64,000 nt of DNA from Thermoplasmata archaeon (GCA_020348445.1 CP070751.1:4000662-4064661); one strand, 5' to 3'. Numbered from the stretch's first letter, positions 21,005 to 30,001 are shown. Notes: a model not told the origin generated them from the sequence alone. Made by a program: numbers and translations.

Positions 21005-21934
21005 ATGGGATTTCTGGTGAGAGTTGCTATCTATCTCAGGGTATCCACGACGGAACAGGCCAAGGAAGGCTACTCACTCGGCGCTCAGTTAGAGAGATTG
21101 AGAAATTTCTGCAGGGCCAGAGAGTGGGAGGTTGCTAGGGAGTACATAGACGACGGTCATTCGGGAAGGAGCATCAAAAGACCTGCATACCAGAAGATGA
21201 TGGAGGAAAAAGACGGATGGGATATGATTCTTGTTGTGAAGATGGATCGTATCCATAGAAACAGTAAAAATTTCATGGAGATGATGGACGACCTCAGAAA
21301 ATGGGGAAAGGAATTTTCCAGTATGCAGGAGAGCCTTGATACGAGCACAGCAATGGGTCGTTTTGTTGTTGATATAATTCAAAGAATTGCCCAGCTTGAA
21401 AGCGAGCAAATAGGTGAAAGGGTTTATGTTGGTATGAAGCAGAAAGCCTCAACTGAGGGAGGGATATTGGGATTTGCACATCCATATGGATACGATTATG
21501 AAAATGGAGAGTTGAAGATAAATTCCCAGGAGGCCGAGGGAGTTAAGCTGATGTTCGAGCTTTATCTTGTAGAAAATAGTACCGAAGATATTGCTGTGGA
21601 GCTCGAAAAAAGAGGTTTTCCAAGCAAACGAAACGGTGTATGGTCTGCAAGGACCGTGGGTAAAATTCTTAAAAATCCTGTTTACTGCGGTTATCTGGAA
21701 TGGGAGGAACATGTGTATAAGGGTAACCATGAGAAGATAATTGAGATAAAAGTCTTTAATGAAGTCCAAGAACTGATATTCAAGAACACAAGAAATAAAA
21801 AGTTAAAGCGGAAACCATTGAAATTACCCGAGGCACCCAAGGAGGAAGGTATTACGGGTGCAGATTCAAAAGAAGATAATCAGGTAATCGAGGGAGCAAG
21901 TCATGATCGCGAAAGAGAGGCAGTCTGCACATGA
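21005..21934 (+). CDS. Serine recombinase (resolvase catalytic domain plus recombinase DNA-binding domain)
   Basis: AIYLRVST catalytic motif, V.KMDRIHRN, QLESEQIGERV, PYGY...EAEGVK.MFELY...W....V..ILKNPVYCG...HE.II. Confidence 0.95.
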   Translation: MGFLVRVAIYLRVSTTEQAKEGYSLGAQLERLRNFCRAREWEVAREYIDDGHSGRSIKRPAYQKMMEEKDGWDMILVVKMDRIHRNSKNFMEMMDDLRKWGKEFSSMQESLDTSTAMGRFVVDIIQRIAQLESEQIGERVYVGMKQKASTEGGILGFAHPYGYDYENGELKINSQEAEGVKLMFELYLVENSTEDIAVELEKRGFPSKRNGVWSARTVGKILKNPVYCGYLEWEEHVYKGNHEKIIEIKVFNEVQELIFKNTRNKKLKRKPLKLPEAPKEEGITGADSKEDNQVIEGASHDREREAVCT

Positions 21935-22607
21935 TGATTTATCTATAAATTACAGATGCGAAAGATGTTGGTCCAATATAGATATCAATCTCTATCCAAA
22001 ATCAGAATATATCTGTGAGGATAAAAAAGGATTCGTAATACTTTGTGATAGATGTAAGAACGAAGCTCCTTGTGGTGCAAGCTGCGAATACTTTGAAGAT
22101 ATTTTTCTTGCTTTTGCATCACCCAAGGAGTTGATTCAACACTTTAATGCTAAGGATGAAGCTGAGGCCATTAAAATATGGTGCGAGGAAAATGGAATAG
22201 AGGATACTGCCTTCGAAATAAAAAGTGAAGAAGAGATCCAAGTCCAAGAAAAGAACGAAGGCGAGATAACGGAATCACCTTTTGGATACTCACTGGAATA
22301 TGGTAAACTTTTCGTTATAGAAGAGGAAGCAGAAATAGTAAGAGACATCTTCAATACTTATCTTGACGGGAAAACCATGGAATGGATTGCTCGAAATCTA
22401 GATTACATAAATGATCTTTCTCAGGGTCAGGTCAGGGAGATATTAAAGGATCCTATCTACGCGGGTTATAAATTCAAAGGTGTCGATATTGTATTGGGGG
22501 AACACGAAACCATCATAGACAAGGACACCTTCAATTCAGTGCAAAAAAGGATCGTAAGGAACATTAGAAACCCAAAATATGTGTATAAACCCCTGGTTTT
22601 AGAGTGA
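21903..22607 (+). CDS. Cys-rich N-terminal domain fused to a recombinase DNA-binding domain, no catalytic domain
   Basis: CERCW, CDRC, CGASC clusters; C-terminal PFGY...EEAEIVRDIF..YL...ILKDPIYAGY...HETIIDKDTF..VQ parallels the upstream recombinase; overlaps it by 32 nt. Confidence 0.8.
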   Translation: MIAKERQSAHDDLSINYRCERCWSNIDINLYPKSEYICEDKKGFVILCDRCKNEAPCGASCEYFEDIFLAFASPKELIQHFNAKDEAEAIKIWCEENGIEDTAFEIKSEEEIQVQEKNEGEITESPFGYSLEYGKLFVIEEEAEIVRDIFNTYLDGKTMEWIARNLDYINDLSQGQVREILKDPIYAGYKFKGVDIVLGEHETIIDKDTFNSVQKRIVRNIRNPKYVYKPLVLE

Positions 22608-23049
22608 AAAATGGTGCTCTAGGGGATTATTTTTATAGGTTCACCGACGGTAAAAGGGGATACAATAGATATGGAACAACGGTAGACCGTCGTTCTTAAT
22701 ACCCCTAAAAAATCAAACATAGTTTGTATATTATTGTTGTTAGGGATTATATTATTGTTATTATAGATTATATTGTCAAATATAAGACTATGTACTAAAT
22801 ATCAACCATTTAATGTAAATACTTGAAAATATTAGCTATCATATAATTGAGCATTATAAAATAAATGCCTAAGCTTAACAATGCATGATTTATATATAGT
22901 GCATATAACATATATATTATAAATAATACAATATAAAACAATAATGACATTAACAATAACGACATATATGATAATATTGTTCTCATAAATTACTATACAA
23001 GGAACATAACTATAAATACCAATAAAACAATACACGTTATGTGATTTAT

Positions 23050-23277
23050 ATGCCAAAGGAATCCAAAAAAACAAAACAGAAAAAAAAAGTAGAAGATGAT
23101 GAAAAAGAAGAAGAGAAAGAAAAAGAGGTAGAGGATCCAGAAGAAGTTCAGAAAACAAGCATACAGATATCAACAAAAGTGAGGGACAGGCTTTGGAGGC
23201 TCAAGTTCCGCAAGACCTATGATGAATTTCTCTGGGAACTTTGCGAGTTGTACGAGAAAGAAGAAAAAGAAGAGTGA
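23050..23277 (+). CDS. Small ribbon-helix-helix / antitoxin-like DNA-binding protein with charged N-terminus
   Basis: KTSIQISTKVRDRLWRLK...TYDEFLWEL pattern (beta strand then two helices); ATG 23050 preceded by gtgatt RBS. Confidence 0.7.
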   Translation: MPKESKKTKQKKKVEDDEKEEEKEKEVEDPEEVQKTSIQISTKVRDRLWRLKFRKTYDEFLWELCELYEKEEKEE

Positions 23278-23363
23278 ACAAAAAATATAGTATATAAAAT
23301 GTAAATGCACATAAAAACTACCGTGAACTACCGTGATAAACTATTTATCTTAAAACTGTTTTA

Positions 23364-25538
23364 ATGTGGGATGAGGAAAGCATGAAAAAAATCGCATACA
23401 CTGTCTTAGCTGCATCCCTTGTGCTCCCTTTAATGCTTTTTGCTCAGATGAATTTCGCGTATGCAGAGGGTGATGCAGAAGGATTTGAAATCAATTTGAC
23501 AAACGATACAGTAGATCAGGGGAAATGTGCAATTCACGGAAACAGGGTGGTTTGGACCGAGGAAGTGAATTCCGGCGGAATCATAAATTGGGATATATTC
23601 CTCTATGATTTATCCATTGACAGCGATGGCGATAAAGTCCCAAATTACCTGGAAGATGTAAGACCAGATCCCGATCCCGCAAGAATCAGAATAACCACGA
23701 ATACAGCAAATCAATTGAATCCAGAAATCCATGGTGATATAATTGTCTGGGAAGACAGAAGGCACGGTAACTTTGACGTTTATATGTACGATCTTGCAGA
23801 GGATACAGATACTAATGGGAAACCCAATTACCTCGAAGATGTAAGACCCGATCCTGATTTAGCAGAAATAAGAATTACAGACGATCCTGCTGATCAGGAA
23901 AAACCTGCTGTCTATGGTTCTAAAATAGTGTGGATCGATAAAAGAAACGGCAACAAAGATATTTTCATATTTGATGTCATCTCAGAAAAAGAAACGATTC
24001 TGATTGGGCATAATGAGACAGGGGAAGTGAAATACAGACCCAAACAAGACGATCCCTGGATATATGGTAACAAGGTCGTTTGGTTAGACGATAGTTATGC
24101 GGTGGGAAGTTGGGAAATAATAATGTATAATCTATCAGTGGATTCTAACAAAAACGGCATACCCAATTATCTGGATGCCCAAAGACCCCAGTTTGACCCT
24201 GCCGTAACAAGGATAACCACAAACTCCGAGAGTGAAAGTTACCCTTCAATAAATGGCAATTATATAGCTTTCACCAGGTCCAAGAATATCTATTTATACG
24301 ATATACAAAAAAAAGAGGAATATAAGCTAACCAACAGCTCTTCAACACAAAAAATCGATGGCAATTTCTGCAAGATTCATGGAACCAAGGTGGTATGGGC
24401 CTATATATATGTTAATGATTCAAAGGAAGTAAAGGATGCGTATATATACGATTTGGCTCTTGACTCAGACGGTGATAGAGTACCAAATTACTGTGACACC
24501 GATGATCCTAACCGCAATTTTGCAATAAATCGCATTACCAACGAATCTGAACAATATCCCATGAAACCTGCAGTTTTTACAAATAAAATCGTCTGGCACG
24601 ATAGTCGGAACTTGATTAGGGACATATATCTATTCAACCTAACAAAAAATTCTCCTTGTGAGATTACGGATTGGACACCAGATTATATCCCAGAAATATC
24701 GGATAATGATTCGTTTGTGTTCAACATCGTTGCCTGGGATCCAGAACTTGACGATTTAAATTACGTCTGGTACGTCAATGAACTTGAGCAAGAAGGAGAA
24801 GAAAGCGACTATTTTGAATATTTCCCAGAAAACGGCTCAGGAGGTGTGCATGAGGTCAAGGTCGTTGTTTCTGAAGGGGAGTACTCTGTTGAGAAAATCT
24901 GGTTGATTAATGTGATTGAATCAAATATCGCTCCCCCAGAATTCATCATGGTTGATCCAGTAATAAATCCGTGGGTTGTGGAGGGTGAGAAAATTTCCTT
25001 TAAAATTGTTGTTGGTGACGAGGATTCTTTTGAACTTAGTTCAAATTGGATTCATGACCTCGGATTAGGTGGGGGAAGTACACATACTTACTTAACAACG
25101 GATTCAAAGCACGTTTCGGAGTTTTCTTTTACGCCGGATATGGAATATGACAGTTCAAATGAGGTCAGAAGTTACACAATTTCCGTGAATGTTTCAGATG
25201 GAAAATTCAATATATCTTATAAATGGGATTTAGCTATACATTATTTCGAGGATGCCGATATGGACGGCTATTCTGATGAAGTTGAAGTTGCTTACAATTC
25301 AGATCCACTGGACGCTACCTCCACCCCCCCTGACCTGGATGGTGATGGAATTATTGATATTGATGATGATGACAAGGACGGCGACGGTCTTTTGGATGAA
25401 CATGATTCCTATCCATTGATTTCAGATAAACAACTAGACGGCCAACCTGATTATTCTGTTGAGATATTGTTAATATTAATTAGCATAGTCTTTTTAGTAG
25501 TGGCAATAATCATCCTGTCAAGGATTTCAAAATCATAA
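23364..25538 (+). CDS. Membrane-anchored surface protein with TolB-like/Methanosarcina-type beta-propeller repeats, DxDxDG Ca-binding inserts and Ig-like domains
   Basis: Repeated P.I.G..(I/V)VW.D.R.GN.D(I/V)(Y/F).YDL; DSDGDKVPNYL inserts; signal peptide; C-terminal ILLILISIVFLVVAIIIL. Confidence 0.85.
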   Translation: MWDEESMKKIAYTVLAASLVLPLMLFAQMNFAYAEGDAEGFEINLTNDTVDQGKCAIHGNRVVWTEEVNSGGIINWDIFLYDLSIDSDGDKVPNYLEDVRPDPDPARIRITTNTANQLNPEIHGDIIVWEDRRHGNFDVYMYDLAEDTDTNGKPNYLEDVRPDPDLAEIRITDDPADQEKPAVYGSKIVWIDKRNGNKDIFIFDVISEKETILIGHNETGEVKYRPKQDDPWIYGNKVVWLDDSYAVGSWEIIMYNLSVDSNKNGIPNYLDAQRPQFDPAVTRITTNSESESYPSINGNYIAFTRSKNIYLYDIQKKEEYKLTNSSSTQKIDGNFCKIHGTKVVWAYIYVNDSKEVKDAYIYDLALDSDGDRVPNYCDTDDPNRNFAINRITNESEQYPMKPAVFTNKIVWHDSRNLIRDIYLFNLTKNSPCEITDWTPDYIPEISDNDSFVFNIVAWDPELDDLNYVWYVNELEQEGEESDYFEYFPENGSGGVHEVKVVVSEGEYSVEKIWLINVIESNIAPPEFIMVDPVINPWVVEGEKISFKIVVGDEDSFELSSNWIHDLGLGGGSTHTYLTTDSKHVSEFSFTPDMEYDSSNEVRSYTISVNVSDGKFNISYKWDLAIHYFEDADMDGYSDEVEVAYNSDPLDATSTPPDLDGDGIIDIDDDDKDGDGLLDEHDSYPLISDKQLDGQPDYSVEILLILISIVFLVVAIIILSRISKS

Positions 25539-25553
25539 AATGAAGCAATATCT

Positions 25554-26333
25554 CTAAAGTTCAACTCTTCTGCCGCATGCATCTCTTCTAAATCTACCAA
25601 AATCAGCAAGTTCAGACAGAATTTTACCCGAAAATACAGGTCCGTCTATACATACATGAAAACCATCAATTGCACAGGAATCACAGATACCTACACCACA
25701 TTTCATGTACCTTTCCAAGGATGCCTGAAGGGGTATGCCATTTAGTTTTGCTAAATCTGCTATCTTTTTTATCATGATCTCGGGTCCGCAGCAAAGAATC
25801 TCGTCAAAACTTTGTTTTTTAAGTATATCCTCCACCAGATCACTTACGAATCCGTGAAAACCTAAAGAGCCATCATCTGTTGAGATATTAAGTTCCCTTG
25901 AGCATCCCTTGAGCCTATTAATAAATAGCAGCTCGGATTTAGATTTTGCTCCAAAGGCAAGTGTGATCTGTTTTCCGATATTGTGTGCATTTTCCATTAA
26001 TGGAGCAAGTGGCGCGATACCTATCCCCCCAGCCACAACAAGGAGACTATCCCCTGTCGCCTCAAAAAATGTGCCGTGTGGACCTCTTATTCCAATTTTG
26101 TCACCAGGTTTCAATTTGCATAGTGAAGAGGTGGCCTTACCCACATTCTTTACCGTGATTCCCTTTTTTTCCCCGAGGTAAGAAACTGACATGGGCACCT
26201 CATCAACAGACGGAATCCAGACCATAACGAACTGACCTGGATAAGCTTCGAAATCATCTTCGAAAAATATTGTTTTAACATCGGGGTTTTCTTCAACAAT
26301 ATCCAGGATTTTGACAATTCTCGGTAATTCCAA
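25554..26333 (-). CDS. pyrK: Dihydroorotate dehydrogenase electron transfer subunit
   Basis: PGQFVMVW, IRGPHG, VAGGIGIAPL, TDDGS.G..G, CCGPE.M, ER.MKCGVGICDSC 2Fe-2S motif; start reassigned to TTG 26333 just after the pyrD stop. Confidence 0.95.
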   Translation of the reverse strand: MELPRIVKILDIVEENPDVKTIFFEDDFEAYPGQFVMVWIPSVDEVPMSVSYLGEKKGITVKNVGKATSSLCKLKPGDKIGIRGPHGTFFEATGDSLLVVAGGIGIAPLAPLMENAHNIGKQITLAFGAKSKSELLFINRLKGCSRELNISTDDGSLGFHGFVSDLVEDILKKQSFDEILCCGPEIMIKKIADLAKLNGIPLQASLERYMKCGVGICDSCAIDGFHVCIDGPVFSGKILSELADFGRFRRDACGRRVEL

Positions 26334-26334
26334 A

Positions 26335-27246
26335 TTATCCTTTTTGGGCAATTCCCACCATCTCCTTAATGGTCTTGTAGCTGTGAGCATCCATGAATTC
26401 TTGGATTTGTTGGCACACCTTAGAAAAGATACCGATCCCCTTGTAATACACCCCGCTTCCAATCTGAACTGCGCTCGCTCCTGCCATTATGTATTCGATC
26501 GCATCATTTCCAGAAAGAATTCCTCCTACCCCTATTACGGGCAATTCTGTCTCGGCCTTGATTTCGTAGATGCATCTAAGACCTATGGGTTTTATGCCCG
26601 GGCCGCTCAAACCACCTATTGCATTGGAAAGGATGGGTAATGCCATGTCGATATCGATAGCCATTGCACTGATTGTGTTTATTGCAACGATACCATCACC
26701 TTCAGCATCTTCCACTGCACATGCGATTTCTGCTATATTGCTCACATTGGGACTGAGTTTAACATATACAGGTACTTTCACAGCACCTTTTACGACCTTC
26801 GTGATTTCCAATACTTTTTCCTTGTCATGTCCCAATATAGCTCCGTAACCTTTTGCATGGGGGCAGCTCAGATTGAGTTCCAGGGCAGATACACCGAATT
26901 TCTCCATTTCAACGGCGAGGATCTCAAATTCCTGGGCATCTGCGCCGAAAATGCTCCCGATAACAGGTATATTGGTACCTATAATAGATTCAACTTCATC
27001 CTTGTAATTGTCTATCCCCGGATTGGGCAGTCCCATGGCGTTTATGATTCCATGCTCTGTTTCCACGAATGTTGGATTGCCATGTCCTTCTCTTGGCTCG
27101 ATACCAATGGATTTTGTAACCACGGCTCCTGCCCCTGCCTTGGCAACATTTTCAAGGGAGGCACCTGTCTCTCCGAGAATTCCCGCAGCAAGTATCGTGG
27201 GATTCTTTAGTTTTAATCCCGGTAATGTTGTAGCAATATCTACCAT
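26335..27246 (-). CDS. pyrD: Dihydroorotate dehydrogenase (class 1B catalytic subunit)
   Basis: KNPTILAAG, NAMGLPNPG, ELNLSCPH, VKLSPN, INT, GGLSG..IKP, GVGGI, VQIGS; start likely ATG 27246 (ORF track extends to 27270). Confidence 0.97.
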   Translation of the reverse strand: MVDIATTLPGLKLKNPTILAAGILGETGASLENVAKAGAGAVVTKSIGIEPREGHGNPTFVETEHGIINAMGLPNPGIDNYKDEVESIIGTNIPVIGSIFGADAQEFEILAVEMEKFGVSALELNLSCPHAKGYGAILGHDKEKVLEITKVVKGAVKVPVYVKLSPNVSNIAEIACAVEDAEGDGIVAINTISAMAIDIDMALPILSNAIGGLSGPGIKPIGLRCIYEIKAETELPVIGVGGILSGNDAIEYIMAGASAVQIGSGVYYKGIGIFSKVCQQIQEFMDAHSYKTIKEMVGIAQKG

Positions 27247-27406
27247 TTTATCGCAATCAGAAATAGGCATCTATGATTTAATATTTTGTAGGGATTAGGT
27301 GGCATGATAATTTCCACAAAAATGTTTTATATACATGGGATTATGGGGTCTATCAGCACTGGGGCATATAATATGCCTTCAATAGATCTTATTTGGGGGA
27401 GCATAA

Positions 27407-29050
27407 GTGGTTGATATAGAAGAAGAGATATATGAGATTTGGAAGGAACTTAGGCCCTCTGATGCTTTTTTAGAGGGACTAAACCAATATGCAGGTAAGC
27501 TTTTTATCTTTTCTTCTGAAAATAAAGAGAGGGTCCAAAAGAAAATTCAATACTTGAAATCAAAGGCAAATACCCAGGTTGAAAAGAAATTCTTAATTAG
27601 CCTTGAAGCAACGCTGAAATTTCGAGATCCCCATCATGATCTAAGTGACATGACCTGGACCTTATTTGGACATCTTATGAAGGAGGGAGTAAATCCATTA
27701 CATATATCTTCGCTTATAGATTGTATGAATCAGAATATTGATTACTCCATAAATAACCACAATCTGGATGCACTTCCCATTGAACTGAAAATTATCCTTT
27801 TAAACTATTGCAATGCTCTATTGGGCATGCTTAAGAGCATTTCAAAAGATACAGATGACACTGCTTTAAAGGAAAAGATAGAAAGGGGTCTTTCAAAGAT
27901 CAAAGAATACAAAGATTTGGTACCCGTAAAAGGTCTAGAAAAGGGGGACTTCACAGAAGTTTTTCCCATATTAAAGCGAGATTCAACTGGGGATTTGGGC
28001 AGATTCACCCTCTATCCCCAACTCATAAAGGAACAGTACGACTATTACGAAACTCCAGATGAGATCGAGAAAAAGGGTCTTGAATGGCTCGAAAAAGAAC
28101 TGCCCCGACTTATGGAGACTGCTAAGATAATTGCAGATTATTACGAAATCGAATGCAATATTGAAGCTGTGGACAAACAGATAGCACAAAAAAGAAATGT
28201 TGAGAATACAGATCTTGTGAACTTCATTAAAGATTTTCGAAAGAAGACCAGTGCGGTAGTTGAAAAGCACCTTGTTAAGATAAATCCTAGATATGATACC
28301 AGGATAATCGAAACTCCTAAAAGTCTTCTGAATTTCATACCAACAGCTGCCATGACAAGTTTTGACGGGCTGACAGAAAAACCCTTTAATGTCTTATTTG
28401 TAACCACTGATGAGAAGCACTCACCGCCCACTAGTCCCATCGATATATTCCAGTTGATTGTCCATGAGGAATACGGTCATTGTGTCAATTTCTCCAACTC
28501 AGCTTTGGGTTTTGCAATAAAGCCAAATCTAATAGAGAAATTGGACTCGTCACTTCATTTTCCCATCTCAGAGGCTATATCATTTCACAGGGAGCTCGAA
28601 ACCCAAACTCTTGTAGAGGAATTGGCTGATAAAAAAAGAGAGGATCTGGAAAAGGAAGAAGCAGAGCTTTTGGATACCATGGCATCCTGGGGAGATATAA
28701 AAGAAATCGTTTTAGAATCAAGATTTCTAATTTACAAGTGGAGGATCATAAGGTTCCTTAGGGCAATAGGTGATGTGAGAATCAACATGAACAAGCAATC
28801 TGTTGTTGAGTTCGTACAATGGGCCTCGAAAAAAACAGGTTTTTCAGAGAAGCTTATCTATGATCAGATATTCTTTTTCCAGGAGAATCCAGGTATTGCA
28901 CCTTGTTACGCCATTGCAGGTATGTCTTTAAAGGAAATCCAAGATGAGGCCAAGAAAAAGGGAAAGGATATTTTGGAGTTCAACACGATTGCCAGTTCTC
29001 TAGGTTTTCCAGGCCGTACTATTTTCGAGGAGAAGCTGAGGAATCTATAA
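27407..29050 (+). CDS. DUF885-like putative zincin metallopeptidase
   Basis: HEEYGH, ISEAISFHRE, RIIRFLRAIGDVRIN, PGIAPCY..G motifs in the order seen in DUF885 proteins; GTG start. Confidence 0.7.
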   Translation: MVDIEEEIYEIWKELRPSDAFLEGLNQYAGKLFIFSSENKERVQKKIQYLKSKANTQVEKKFLISLEATLKFRDPHHDLSDMTWTLFGHLMKEGVNPLHISSLIDCMNQNIDYSINNHNLDALPIELKIILLNYCNALLGMLKSISKDTDDTALKEKIERGLSKIKEYKDLVPVKGLEKGDFTEVFPILKRDSTGDLGRFTLYPQLIKEQYDYYETPDEIEKKGLEWLEKELPRLMETAKIIADYYEIECNIEAVDKQIAQKRNVENTDLVNFIKDFRKKTSAVVEKHLVKINPRYDTRIIETPKSLLNFIPTAAMTSFDGLTEKPFNVLFVTTDEKHSPPTSPIDIFQLIVHEEYGHCVNFSNSALGFAIKPNLIEKLDSSLHFPISEAISFHRELETQTLVEELADKKREDLEKEEAELLDTMASWGDIKEIVLESRFLIYKWRIIRFLRAIGDVRINMNKQSVVEFVQWASKKTGFSEKLIYDQIFFFQENPGIAPCYAIAGMSLKEIQDEAKKKGKDILEFNTIASSLGFPGRTIFEEKLRNL

Positions 29051-29125
29051 GTGTTCCCCTCTGTCCGTACCCCCACCATCGTGGCCTATTACCTTTTCTA
29101 TCGCATTAATTCAGCGGCCACTTTA

Positions 29126-29169
29126 CCCTTAGGTTATGTAAATATGAGTTTGTATCTTAAGCCTAAGGG
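29126..29169. repeat. Hairpin carrying the AGGTTATG...TCTTAA(G/A)CCT core also found in the repeats downstream of the tRNA
   Basis: ccctt-aggttatgt-N-tcttaagcct-aaggg. Confidence 0.55.
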
Positions 29170-29247
29170 CTCCCACCCTTAATCCCTGGAATTATTTAAT
29201 GAATTCTTTCTCAAAAAATATAATAACCTAAAGTACATTTTGGCAGT

Positions 29248-29495
29248 GGGCTCGTGAGGTAGTTATCCAGGTTGGTTCCAACTTGGACTACATTGGATAT
29301 CCTACCGGCCTTCGGTGACCCTTTAGAAAAGCGTCAACGGAAAAGTGTGGCGTGAACGCCACTTGCACTGCTCCGCAGTGCCTTGACATCCTCGCATCCT
29401 TCGGATGCTCGGCCTTTGTATTAATTTCATTCGTTCATAATCATTAAAGGGCCTGGAGATAGCCGGTTACCGGGGTTCGAATCCCCGCGAGTCCG
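29248..29495 (+). tRNA. tRNA-Arg(TCG) with two introns: 29265-29293 (D-loop, about 17/17a) and 29316-29460 (canonical 37/38)
   Basis: Removing both introns gives GGGCTCG TG AGGT AGTTTGGATA TCCT A CCGGC CTTCGGA GCCGG TTAC CGGGG TTCGAAT CCCCG CGAGTCC G (74 nt cloverleaf, G73); both junctions fit bulge-helix-bulge geometry (gtag/ctac with bulges tta/att; cttc/ggag with bulges ggt/ata); AT-rich TATA about 25-30 nt upstream. Confidence 0.88.
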
Positions 29496-29520
29496 CTATT
29501 CTATTATTTTGCCAGCAGAC

Positions 29521-29733
29521 GCGGACTCGCTCGTGTTCAGGTTATGTTCAGAATACAAATAAGTCTTAAACCTGAACACCCGGAGTCCTTCAATGAGATC
29601 CAATTATATTCCGTGGATTCGCTTTGTGTTCAGGTTATGCTTGGAATACAATTAAGTCTTAAACCTGAACACCCGGAGTCCTTCGTTATAATACGATTCC
29701 AGATACGCGGACTCGCTACGTGTTCAAGTTACG
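29521..29733. repeat. 2.3 tandem ~93-bp palindromic repeats immediately 3' of tRNA-Arg
   Basis: Units start at 29521, 29613 and 29707; GTGTTCAGGTT/AACCTGAACAC perfect 11-bp inverted repeats (29533-43/29569-79; 29626-36/29662-72) enclosed by GGA(C/T)TC/GAGTCC. Confidence 0.85.
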
Positions 29734-30001
29734 CTTTCTTTTGTTTTGGGTATAAAAGATACAAGAAAGGTTCTCCTTTACCGACGAAAACCAATAGCTA
29801 TTAAAAGAATCATAGATAAGAAATACACGGCCGATATTCAACTAAACAGGAATTGTGAGATGAGAAAAAAATATGTATTAATACAACCATTATATAGTTG
29901 AAGGGGTTATAAACTATAATACTAACAATCTCAGTATAAATCCATATAAATCCCAGAGATTGATTGTCATGTCCAACCGCAATTGTAGTGCGAGAGGTAA
30001 A

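Noticed and set aside
10366-22607. Prophage or ICE defined by the serine recombinase
   Set aside because: No capsid, terminase, replication or conjugation genes, and no flanking direct repeats were found by eye
22832-23176. 114-aa minus-strand ORF
   Set aside because: Antisense to the RHH-like gene and otherwise translating low-complexity AT-rich DNA
29248-29495. tmRNA-like molecule (G3:U70 acceptor stem and T-arm 250 nt apart)
   Set aside because: The interior resolves into D-arm and anticodon-arm exons with BHB-type junctions; discriminator G73 and a TCG anticodon fit tRNA-Arg; no tag reading frame is evident
29560-29640. Canonical integron attC site
   Set aside because: AAC...GTT arms are present but the R boxes do not match RYYYAAC/GTTRRRY as a pair, there is no unpaired central spacer, no cassette ORFs between units and no integrase; kept only as a hypothesis to test
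29521-29733. CRISPR array
   Set aside because: The conserved part is about 70 nt with only 2.3 copies and ~24-nt spacers; no cas genes in the window
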